This document shows, piece after piece, positions 52,249 to 64,000 of a stretch of 64,000 bases of DNA. The notes below the pieces were generated by a model that saw nothing but the letters and a program-made list of their open reading frames with translations, made no database searches and was not told the DNA's origin. Location of the stretch: NCBI RefSeq assembly GCF_006345805.1, contig NC_042999.1:23374001-23438000 (forward strand). The letters run 5' to 3'. This stretch comes from Octopus sinensis. Its lineage: Eukaryota. The position numbers and the translations under genes are program-made. Position 1 is the first letter of the stretch; each line of letters begins with the position of its first letter.

Positions 52249-53610
52249 GTAAAATATAAAAAATCAACGAAAATGCATATTGTAGATATAAAAAGGCTAC
52301 TTATGACAGGTAGTGACATAAATATACATTACGTGGTTTAAATAGAGTATTACGTGGTTTAAATTGAAGAGTTAGTGGTGTTCTGTATTGCGTTGTGTGT
52401 TCACATTTAGTTGAGGGAGAAATTTGTTGATGAAAAATGACTCTTTATTCAACCTTTGTTGCATTGTGGTGTTCTGTGAGCATTGGTAAAAGGGAAATAT
52501 TTGGAAATTGGGATTAAGATTCTTGGCACATCTTTCTATTTGTTCACTCACCTTTAACTGTCTGTATTGTGGGTGGCGGATTTGCTCTTTGTGAATGGTG
52601 AATCTTTGACGGAGCGAAATTCCTGTTTGTCCAATATAGAGTTTACCGCATCCTATGCATATCATGACATAGATTATATTTGTCGACGCACAGGTGAAAT
52701 TTGATTTGATCTTAAATATTTCTCCTTGTTTGAATTGGAATTCTGAACCCTCCAGAAGGTGGGGGCATGTTCCACAGTTGGAACGTCCACATTTTGTCAC
52801 TTTTGGCTCAGCAGTTAGTGGGTAAAGTCTAGCGCTGGTTAGTATTCTTTTCAGTGACTTCGGTTGCTTTTTTGCTTTTTATAATTTTATATGAGCTTAA
52901 AGTTTCGTTCATCGTTTTGTCTGCTGTGAGGATGGGGAGGTTTTGGGTGATGATGTTGAAGGCTTCGTTATTTCTGGGGTTATGTGTGGAGATGTACGTG
53001 AGTATTTTTAAGTCTCGTTTAGTATTACGGCTAGTTTTCCTTAATCTTTGTATATCTATTCCCTTAGCTCTTTTGATGCCTTCATTTACTAATGAGATTG
53101 GGTAGTGTCTTTTAGTTAGTGTAGATCTAAGTTCAAGGAGTCTATGTTCACGAGTGTCTGTATCGGAAACTATGGTGCAGATTACGTGAACACACAACTC
53201 AATACAGAACACCACTAACTCTTCAATTTAAACCACTAAACCCTATACACTTTCTACATCACTCACATTTCTAATTCCTGAACTACTTACCTCCCTTATA
53301 CATATAATCCAAAACTACTTACCTCCCTTACAAATTATCTCTTCTCTCAGGAACTATTAGACCTGACACCGTTTACTAACCGGTGTTATTCAAACGATGA
53401 ATAGCTAATGCGAAAACCAATTGGTTCGTTTCAGTCTCTTACCTTATTATTATTATTATTAACTTCTTATAATCATCAATAATAATGACCTTTTTGACTA
53501 GTAATACTCTAAATGTATATTTTTGTCACTACCTATCATAAATAGTCTTTTTATACCTGCAATATGCATTTTCGTTGATTTTTTATATTTTCCCCTTACA
53601 TTTCCACGTG
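52240..53610 (-). mobile_element. Penelope-like element, 5'-truncated (RT linker plus GIY-YIG), with an inverted copy of its 3' end at 53185-53610
   Basis: ORFs 52829-53215 and 52372-52800 (CxxC, NIIYVMICIGCGKLYIGQTG, R+..H, E..FI...PQLN). The ORF-end sequence gtgaacacacaac.caatacagaacaccactaa appears on both strands. Confidence 0.92.
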
Positions 53611-53661
53611 TATTTTTTTTTCAAAACATATTTCTACTATATATATATATATATATATATG

Positions 53662-53694
<33 letters not shown>

Positions 53695-54049
53695 TGTGTT
53701 TGTGTGTGAGTGTGTGTGTGTGTGTGCGTGTGTGTGTGTATGTGTGTGTTTGTGTGCGTATGTGGTCCCAAATTGAAGAAAATGTGAAAGTACAAAAGAT
53801 AGAAAGGTGAAGACACAACAAGCAAGGTGTGTATAGTTTGGCTCTAATGCAAAATGGAAGAGTCTTTGTCGTTTCGAATCTACACTCTTCTACAGAAAGA
53901 GGGAACGGATAGACAGGGGATAAAAACGGAAAGAAAAAGAATCTGTTTGGCTTAAAGGTTGCACACCGTTTCAGTACTACAGCGATACAGGCAATTACAA
54001 TGAAAGACAAAAATATAGCTGCGTATGATACATGTATTCGTAAAAGCAT

Positions 54050-54084
<35 letters not shown>

Positions 54085-54263
54085 CATACTTATAAACATA
54101 CTTCTGCCCCCTCACGCATACTTCTATATTTGCATACCTATGCAGGTATGTGTGGATCTATATATATGCCTGTGCGTATAAACATATGAATATATGTATA
54201 TATACATATATATATATGTATATATTATATATATGTATATATATATATATGTATATATATAAA

Positions 54264-54305
<42 letters not shown>

Positions 54306-55521
54306 TGTATAGTCATACTTATATGCATAGGTGTATGTGTGTCTTTTTGTGTTTCCTGTCAATGTGTGTGAGTACATTCGTACATGCATATATACCTACA
54401 TACATATATGTATATATACATATATGTAATATATATATATATATATATATATGTATAATATATATACATATATCTTGACTCCGCCGGTTACGACGACGAG
54501 GGTCCCAGCTGATACGATCAACGGAACAGCTTGCTCGTGAAATTAACGTGCAAATGGCTGAGCATTCCACAGACACGTGTACCCTTAACGTAGTTCTCGG
54601 GGATAATCAGCGTGACACAGAGAGTGACAAGGCTGACCCTTTGAAGTACAAGTACAACTCATTTTTGCCAGCTGAGTGGACTGGAGCAACGTGAAATAAG
54701 GTGTCTTGCTCAAGGACACAACGCGTCGCCGGGAATCGAACTCACAACCTTACGATCATGAGCCGAATGCCCTAACCACTAAGCCACGCGCCCTCACATA
54801 TACATATATATATACGTACACACGCACACACACACACCCACATATATATATATGCATACTCACACATAAATACAAACACACATATATGCTGATATACGCA
54901 AATTGGTAAACATATGTAGTATTAGAGAAAAATGTGTGGCGCTTGTGTGAGTGATAGAGATACAAAAAAAAAGAAAGATAGACACACGCAGGAAAGCTTT
55001 GAGACAAGAAAGCAATGGTAACAAATAAAAAAATTACCAGCAATTTAGTTCAAGCTGGGATTAATAAAATGTAAATTTCTTTCGAACATAACCCATTGCT
55101 TCGTCTGTTTATCAAATTTGTCTTTCAATAAAACACTCTAAAATGAATTATGTCGACAATTTCATCGTTGCATACTTGGTCAAACTAGCTTGGACATTAC
55201 ACATATGGCGTAGCTGCTTGGTAAAAACTTTGCTTTTCAACCATATATTTCGGGATTCAGTACCACTGTGTGTCATCGTGGGTAAGTATTCTCCCCTATA
55301 GCCTTGGTTCGACCAACGATTTGTGAGTAGATTAGGTACAAGACCAGTCAAAGAATCGCATCATAGGCGCGGTTATGTAATCAGAAGCTTGCTTCACAAC
55401 TGCATGGTTTTAGGTTCAGTCACATCATGCAGCAACTTGAGTAAGTGTCTTCTGCTATGGTCTAGGGCCGACCAAACCCTTGTGAGTGGAATGATAGATG
55501 GAAAATGAAAGAAGCCCGTCG

Positions 55522-55557
<36 letters not shown>

Positions 55558-56084
55558 TGTATGTTATGTACACACACACACACACACACGCACACACACA
55601 TATATATGATTGATTTTGATTTTTCCAGTTTCAGCTCATGAGCTGTGGCCATGCTGGGGCACCGCCATTTGGTTTGCTACATGATTTTACCTCACGAATG
55701 CTTTTTAGCAACTGCCATTTGGTGCATGAGAGAGTTCGATGCAGCTGCCCTCATCTGCACCTCCTGCCGTGAAGTTGGTTCATCCGGGGTACCTGACAGG
55801 AAGAGATCCAGTCCTACTTTAAAGACATCCGCATCTACACCATGCAGGTCCCTTAGGTTCTTCGGGAGGATATTGAAGAGCTGTGGGCCTCTGAAGCCCA
55901 GGTTATCACAGTATCTTGTCCTACATCTTGATGGCAAATTTGGAGTCCTTGGCACCACGCAGTGGCGCCCGGGTCTGGCATTTGTGTGACTCTCGATGCC
56001 AAAGTTTGGGACAAGTCCTTCCAGGAACTTCCAGATGTATATTATGACATATTATATATATATATACATATTATATAATGTATA

Positions 56085-56390
56085 TATTATTATTAATATC
56101 AGGAAATCAATATTAGAAATTTCTTCAGAAAGATATATACGTGCGTAAAATAATTGTTGCATTAAAAATATAAATATATATAAATATATGTAAATATGTA
56201 TAAGTATAAATATATAATATCTATTAAAAACCTAATTCAAAACATTTAAACTGTCATATACATTATATATTTATACTTATACATATATTTTTATACATAT
56301 TTACATATTTCTAATACAGCAATTATTTTACATACGTATGTATCTTTCTGAAGAATTTTCTAGTATGGATTTCCTGATATTAATAATATT
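56085..56390. repeat. AT-rich palindrome / MITE of about 305 bp
   Basis: tattattaatatcaggaaatc...ttcttcagaaagata and tatctttctgaagaa...gatttcctgatattaataata. Confidence 0.8.
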
Positions 56391-56524
56391 ATATCATAAA
56401 ATACATATAATCGCTCGTATTAAATATATAAATACTTTAATAGTATTAATGCTCTGATACAATAGAGCACTCAATATAGGTTCAGTATATAATATTCACA
56501 TTGAATATATTTAACTAAATACTT

Positions 56525-56608
<84 letters not shown>

Positions 56609-57117
56609 TCTAAATGCTGTATTTGTTTTCCGTGAAAGTTTGGCGCGCTGTTGGTTGGGGCATTTGAATTATAACGTCGGATGTAATCAATTGAACCACA
56701 CGCGTATTTATCGTTATGGTAAAATCTGGCGTGTGATTGAGTGGATTTCATCCAGATAGTCTTGGCTGACGAGCTACAAATGGATTTTTTTGTAAGTAAT
56801 ATTACATTTAATTCATTAATAGCGAAACAATTGTCCCAAAATAATCTGTATTTTTGTTATTTTTTACTTGCCCTGTCCGTGTGAGCTAACAGTCGTACTG
56901 GCTTTCATGGGAAACATGTATTTTCGTGGTTGAAACCTTTTGGATTAACTGGTGCTAGAGTGAGCAATATATTGACCACTCTCTTATATTTATTTTGTAA
57001 AAATATTATAATATGTTATAAAATATTATAATAATCCAGGTTTCTCGTAGCACTAGGCCACTTGGTGTTGAATAAATATACTATTAAATTAGTATCTAAT
57101 TCTCTCACCCTTATTAA

Positions 57118-57199
<82 letters not shown>

Positions 57200-57600
57200 C
57201 GTTAGGGGCATTACTACACCTAAACGTCTAACGCTATGAGGGGCTCTTAAAGTAAAAACTACCATAATAAATGCACACACATGATTTTATTCATTTTTAT
57301 ATCTTGATTATGCCTGCACTGACGATTAGAAAGTGGATTATGTACACTAACTATGAGATCATATGATTTGCGGCTGAATCTGTTTTTTGGCTTCAAATGT
57401 TGCATTCCCTCGTGTTCGGTACAATGTGTCTATCTTGGCAGTTTTAACTTTAAGAGTCCCTTGTAGCCTTGTAGCATGAGACATTTATGTATAGTAATGC
57501 CGTTAATATAAGTAAATATATTTAAAGGGAATAATTATAAATTTTCCCTAAGGTTTTCACGCTAACTACTTGATAAATTCTTATAAAGATTTTACCCTAT

Positions 57601-57688
<88 letters not shown>

Positions 57689-57699
57689 TGTGTGTGTGT

Positions 57700-58345
57700 G
57701 GAAGAACGTTATCTTCTCAGACGAAACATCCTTTACCTTATTTCCGACCACCGGCCGAGTATACGTGTGGAAACAGCCAAAAGAATAATTTGAACCAGAC
57801 TGCTTTCTTCCAACTGATAAACATTGAGGAGGATCTGTAATGATCTGAGGGGACTATATCTTGGAAATCTGCCGGATCAATGTTTTCCCTTCATGGCAGA
57901 AGTAATAATCAAAACTATTTAACCATTTTATCAGAGCAAATTCATCCTATCGTTGAGTTATTGTTTCCGGAGGGAGATGCAATCTTTCAGGAGGATAATT
58001 TACCAATTCACACAACCAAAGTTGTTATTGAATGGCACGGGGCACATTATATTGAAGTTGAACATCTCATCTGGCCACCACAATCCCCAGATCTCAATAT
58101 TATTGAACATTCATGGTGCATTTTAGAAAAACACGTAAGGTGTCGATATCCACCACCTTCATCACTACAAGAACTGGAGACTGTTTTAGCTGAAAAAGGC
58201 CTTTGGAAGCAATTCAAACTTTGTATGAGTCCTTACCCCATAGAATTCAAGCTGTAATTACTGCCAAAAGCGGTCCTACTCCATATTAAAATAAATTTGT
58301 TTGAAATTTTAAGGTGTTTCCATTATTTTGTACAACCCTTGTATA
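57700..58345 (+). pseudogene. Tc1 (DD34E) transposase relic with right TIR
   Basis: VIFSDETSF, FQEDN.PIH and WPPQSPDLNIIEH motifs, ending ...ttttgtacaacccttgTA. Confidence 0.92.
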
Positions 58346-58599
58346 ATAAATGGCTGAGAATTTGTTGTTCATGATATAAGGAAAATTGAATAAAACATCC
58401 ACTGACATTGTTGATATCTGCGCGGTTGATTAAAAATCATGTATAAGCAATTGAGACAGTATCTAAATAGAATAGTCATCTATGTATCATACTTAAAATA
58501 TACACACTACTGACAGACCAGTTAAAGCAGTATTTGTCCTGAGATTGCATCAGTTATGGATTGGTGGCTTTAAAAGAATATATGTGAGAAAGAGAAGAA

Positions 58600-58752
58600 A
58601 ACATTATTTATATTATTTACACTTGACTGATATTTCACCTCATCTTTTTTGTTGTTAATACAACATTTCGGCTGATACACCCTCCAGCCTTCATCAGGTG
58701 TCTTGGGGGAAATTTCGAACCTGGGTTTTCATTCCTAAGGTATTTTTCGATG

Positions 58753-58783
<31 letters not shown>

Positions 58784-58878
58784 TAATATTGTTATTATCA
58801 TTATTATTATTCAAGTCAGTGCCTGGAATTGAACTCGGAATCTTGGGGTTAGTAGCCCACGTTCTTAACCATTACGCC

Positions 58879-58926
<48 letters not shown>

Positions 58927-59110
58927 TCGAAAAATAACTTGGAATGAGAATCCAGGTTCGAAATTTCCCCAAGATATCTGATGAGGGCTGGAGGGTCTAT
59001 CAGCCGAAACGATGTGTTAACAACAAACAAGATGAGGACAAAATCTGTCAAAATGTAAATAATGTAAATAATGTAAATAATGTACATAATTCCTCATCTC
59101 TTAAATATGG
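58600..59110. mobile_element. tRNA-headed element (- strand, 58879 to about 58600) plus a headless inverted copy (58880-59110), each with a minimal type I hammerhead motif
   Basis: Head GGCGTAATGGTTAAG...GAGTTCAATTCC. CTGATGA-N-GGCTG/CAGCC-GAA at 58702-58657 (-) and 58973-59018 (+). Confidence 0.75.
58657..58702 (-). ncRNA. Putative minimal hammerhead ribozyme motif
   Basis: GACAC-CUGAUGA-A-GGCUG(gagggtgtat)CAGCC-GAA-AUGU-U-GUAUU. The core is intact, stem II is perfect, and stem III is loopless (dimer type). Confidence 0.6.
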
Positions 59111-60104
59111 AACTGGAAGAGAAGAAAATCAATCCTAGCAGACAAAAGAGGTCGAAATGCAAGTTGGCATTCTCAGGTGAGTGATCTGTTAAAATTATTG
59201 ATGAAAATAAGGATTAAAATCAATGTAAGAAAAACAAACGAATTTATCTGACAACCCAACGCGTGTGTATATATATGTGTGTCTGTATGTATGTGTGGGG
59301 GTATACATTCATGCAAACATACATACATGCATACATTTATACATACATACGTATACCCTTACACGTATATGGCAACCATTGTGACATTCTTGAAATCATA
59401 GCTGTACGCATGCGTCGTTGTCTGTGCGAGTGTATGTTTCTATGCGAGATAACAACACGGATGCACAGAAATGGACGCACGTGCGAATTCATGTAGCAAT
59501 TCATGTAGCAAGATGTAACAAGCCTCAGTATCCAGTTGTGTATTAATGTACATGTAGGATGACAGAAATCGCAAAAGTTTAGTAGGTAAAAATATACGAA
59601 GTCCAGGATTTTAGATTAAAACAAGATGGTCGCATATTTGGAAAGTTACGATGCAGTAAAAATGTTCCGGCATTTTAAAATCACAAAATTATAGAAAAAA
59701 TAACACGAAATGTTAAACTGAACGATGAATACACAATATCAAATGCAAATTACAATGCTGTACTATTATAAAATTCTAAATTTATAAAATTATTGTATTA
59801 TCAAATTTGAAAGAATGAAATTATTAAATTATCAAATTTAAAATTCATGAATTAAAAGATTATGAAGTATCAAATTATAAAATTATAGAATTTTCAAATT
59901 ATAGAATAGGAGAATTTAAAATGTGTGCGTGTTAGGGTTCTGGAAAATGAGAGAATTATGATGGTAATATGTGTGGAGGGTCACAAACGCTTAGCGATTA
60001 AGGGAGAGATATGATTCTATGTGGAAACAATTCAACGCAGTGTGTTGTCTTTTAAATAGCCCTGGTGTAATTTTGTGTAGTGCTGTCATATAACAGACGA
60101 GGAA

Positions 60105-60826
60105 AAAGCCCCCCGTCCTTGGACGGTGCTGAGTTGTCAAACATTTAAACCAAATTTTCTCAAGACAACTTATCCGACCGTCCCATAGGCCTCCCCTTTG
60201 AGAAACACTGATTTAACCTAACTTTGAGACACCAGCAAAAGAAGAAATAAGGATAGACTTTTTTTCTATTCCAAAGAAAAACGGTTTTATTCACACAAAT
60301 ATGCAAACGAAGAGTTTAAAGTACCAGTAATGATAAGGCTGATGACTGGGAGGACACAAACATGGTTTAAACAGTAAGCTTGGCAGGAAAGAAACGTGCT
60401 TTAAGCAGTACAAAAACAAGAAAAAATGGAAGGTGCAGTTAGGTACATGTTGTCAGAAGAAAAGCAGGACAAAAACGGCTTTATAGATCGCATTCTCACC
60501 TGGATTCGATTTTTGTAATTTTTTCAAGACTTATACACGCCCTGATACCGTCGGTATCTACATATCAAATTTGAGCGCAATCGGATGCAGGATTTTAGCA
60601 CAAGACCAAAGCCTCCCTACCAGAAATCACCAAAAACATATAATGAAAAGAAACATAACAAGTAACTGCAGAATATGTGGAGATGGACAAGAAAAAATAA
60701 ATCATATTATCTCTGGCTGCCCAGTCCTGGCTAAGAAGGAATATATTCACAGACACGACAGAGTTGGGACCTACATACACTGGAAGCTATGCCAACACTA
60801 TGGAATAACAACAGAAGACACACACA

Positions 60827-60878
<52 letters not shown>

Positions 60879-60938
60879 AGATCCTAGAAGATACACACAC
60901 ACTCACACAGACAGAACAGATTTTATATAATAGACTAG
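60105..60938 (+). mobile_element. HINE-like element (family of 6032-6388) carrying an internal R4-clade LINE fragment (60592-60817)
   Basis: Colinear with the 6-kb copy except for two inserts. One insert translates ILAQDQSLPTRN...CRICG...NHIISGCPVLA..YIHRHDRVG.YIHWKLC. Confidence 0.8.
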
Positions 60939-61537
60939 ATGGCATCAGTTGCTTTTAGTTAAATTTGAAGCGTTTTCAAAAGGTAACTTAGTATATACAG
61001 GGAAAAATAGTTCGAATTTTGCGTTTTGGTCAGCCAGGGGTGGATCAATGTAAAGAATTTGTCTCTGGTGCAAATCAATAACGAAAGATTTTATTGTGTT
61101 CTGGTGCATGAGCTTCCATTTGATGTTATATCTCAGGCATTTTGGCGTCTTTAAGGACAAAATATATTTGAAAAAGCTTTTCTTTTCTTTCTGAAAGAAC
61201 GGATGTAATGGTGGATCCTTAGATTTACAGCTGTTCTTCGTCAGGGCAATAAAAGCTATGCATATATTGTTATTCTCGACAAAGGTATTTTTACTCGGTG
61301 TATCGCAGATTTTGGAGTGAAGCATAGAACAATTATTGAGATTGCTACAGATCTGGTTTATCGTGGATTTTCGTTCTTCTTGACGGATAGGCATTTGGTA
61401 TTGATTTAGTCATTTGTCTGGTGAAGCTATATGTGCAGCGATAACTGTGTTTAACAGTTCCCGTTGAATATCAGATGGTCATGGATTATTATACGAAAAT
61501 AGCAAGTGCACGCGCACAGGACAACAATGTATATATG

Positions 61538-61619
<82 letters not shown>

Positions 61620-61715
61620 ATTCATATGTATCTATGCATATATATACATACATATATATATATATATAGATATAGATATGTATATTTGTATATATGTATA
61701 TAAGTATGTATGTAC

Positions 61716-61775
<60 letters not shown>

Positions 61776-61930
61776 ATACATATATATATGGATAGTGGGA
61801 TAAATCGATAGTTAGATATGCATACACATATATGTGCATATATGATATGTATGTATATATTTATATATGCATAAATACACATGCAGTATATATACATACA
61901 CATACACACACACACACACACACCCATCCG

Positions 61931-62611
61931 GATTCCCGTTTGCGCCGTGAACAGGAATTAATCTTCTCTCTTCGCTCTTATACGCCATTTGGTCTCAACT
62001 CTCCCCCCCTCCTCATCTAACCCCCCTCTCCCACCTCCTCACCTATCCTTTCTCCCCCCGACCCCTACTTCTTCAGTCCTTCATCCTTTCACCCCTACTC
62101 GCCTTCCCTTCTTCCCTCTTTCTCCCTCCCTCTTCCCCTTCCTCTGCTCCCTCACTCCCTCTCTCCCCCTCTCCCTCTTTCCTCCTTCATCCCCCTCCTC
62201 CCCTTCCTTCTCCCCCTTCCTCTCCTCTTCCCTCTTCTCCTCCCCCTCTTCTTCCCCTCCCCTCTCTCCCCCCTCTTCTCCCCCTCTTCTCCCCCTCTTC
62301 TCCCCCTCCCCCTCTTCTCCTCACTACACCACATGACTTTACACATCATATCACATATGATGTGCCATACTAATACACACACCAACTAATACATACTAAT
62401 ACGTACTAATACATACTAGTACATACTAATACTTACACCAACCCTATACATACACAGGTCCAGACCCCGCATACGCACTTATACTCTCTCACACACACAC
62501 ACACATACCTATACATACCAATACGTACTAATACATACTAATACATACTAATACATACACCAACCCCATACATACGCATGTCCAGACCAATCTTACGCAC
62601 TAATACTCTCT

Positions 62612-62650
<39 letters not shown>

Positions 62651-63019
62651 ATACATACTAATACATACACCAACCCTATACATACACACATCCAGACCCC
62701 TCCCACGCACTTTTAGCTGGTCCCTCAACCCATTTATCAACCCTATTATCTCCCCTTATTTCGCTCTCGCATCTCATGTTTGATCTTTGACCTCTGGCCG
62801 AAATCAGATCGCCATGTTGATTCGTTAGCTACTGCACGCATTTTTTTTCTCTCCTTCTTTCTGTGTTTTTCTCTCTCTGTGTATCTTTCTGTTGAAGAGC
62901 GTAGGTTCGAAACGTTAAAGACTTGTTTTATTTATATTTCCTGAGCGCCATACTAATACAATTGTTCGTTTGTTTTCCACCTGCCTTCGTCTTTTGTTTA
63001 TTTTCATAAAGCTTCCCGT

Positions 63020-63020
<1 letters not shown>
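61931..63020 (+). mobile_element. Penelope-like 3' end (GIY-YIG C-terminus plus a long low-complexity UTR)
   Basis: DSRLRREQELIFSLRSYTPFGLNS matches the R..RE...I..L....P.GLN motif. The terminal segment is homologous to 15772-15968. Confidence 0.7.
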
Positions 63021-63056
<36 letters not shown>

Positions 63057-63086
63057 TTGTATATACACATATATATATTTCTGCAC

Positions 63087-63119
<33 letters not shown>

Positions 63120-63372
63120 CATACATATATGTGTGTATGTGTGTGTATGTATGTGTGTATGTATGTATGATACTCTTGAATATTTACGTTTTGATATCAA
63201 TTGAGACACGTGTATTGATCGATGTTTTAACAATTCACTTGTTTCTCTGCTCCGTTGAACTTGTTGAAGTGTTAGCTGAACAAATTGGTTCATGTTAGTG
63301 GCCGACAACTACTTGATTACAGCGAGTTGTGCAATATATCCTTTTAGAAGCACAGACGAATATGAGAGAAAG

Positions 63373-63427
<55 letters not shown>

Positions 63428-63604
63428 TAAAGAGAGAGAGAATTCACGGTGATAGCAGGAGATAATGCAGAGGGAAGAAGAGAGAGACAAGAGGTGTTGG
63501 TAAGACGGAAGTGAAAATGATAGTAAATGAAAAATACTAAGATGTGAAAAACAAGCATAACTAATAAAGTTTTTAAATTTTGCCACAGAGGCAGCTTGAG
63601 GAAG

Positions 63605-64000
63605 GTGGAGAAGAGTCGATTACATCGACCCCAGTGCGTAACTGGTACTTATTTCATCGTCCTCGGAAGGATGAATGTCAAAGTCAACCTCACGGAATTT
63701 GAATTCGGAACGTAGCGACGAGCGAAATACCTATTTCTTTACCACCCCCAAGGGGCTAAACACACAGAAGACAAACAAGGACAGACAAACGGATTAAGTC
63801 GATTATATCGACCCCAGTGCGTAACTGTTACTTATTAAATCGACCCCGAAAGGATGAAAGGCAAAGTCGACCTCGGTGGAATTTGATCTCAGAACGTAAT
63901 GGCAGTTTATAATAATAATCCTTTCTACTACTGGCACAAAGCCGGAAATTTGGGGTGAGGGGATGAGTCTATTAGATCGACCCCAGTACGCAAATGGTAC
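63605..64000 (-). mobile_element. Family A SINE multimer
   Basis: Bodies joined at aaagaaata|ggtatttcgctc (about 63730). Confidence 0.8.

Noticed and set aside
58815-58879. Possible tRNA gene on the - strand
   Set aside because: The acceptor and anticodon stems do not pair properly and there is no T-run terminator. It is a SINE head.

Overview
AT-rich, repeat-dominated eukaryotic genomic DNA. The SINE families and microsatellite load suggest a coleoid cephalopod, probably Octopus; this is an inference. One protein-coding gene is well supported: two-exon SDHAF4 on the + strand, join(1050..1095,8790..9079), about 111 aa. It sits head-to-head with the first coding exon of an unidentified - strand gene (383..330). 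A small spliced - strand gene may lie at 29.1-26.3 kb. The rest is mobile DNA: several tRNA-derived SINE families, CR1/L2 and RTE LINE fragments, a young 5'-truncated R4/Dong-clade LINE inside a (TAA)n tract, Penelope-like elements, mariner, Tc1 and Merlin relics, Helitron-type elements, MITEs and long microsatellites. The most unusual observations are (1) a tRNA-headed SINE-like element carrying a minimal hammerhead-ribozyme motif in a Penelope-style inverted duplication (58.6-59.1 kb), (2) a SINE family with an apparent RGTA target preference that inserts into itself and travels as dimers, and (3) a 38-bp hairpin just upstream of the SDHAF4 3' splice site. TE boundaries are approximate unless defined by TSDs or TIRs.
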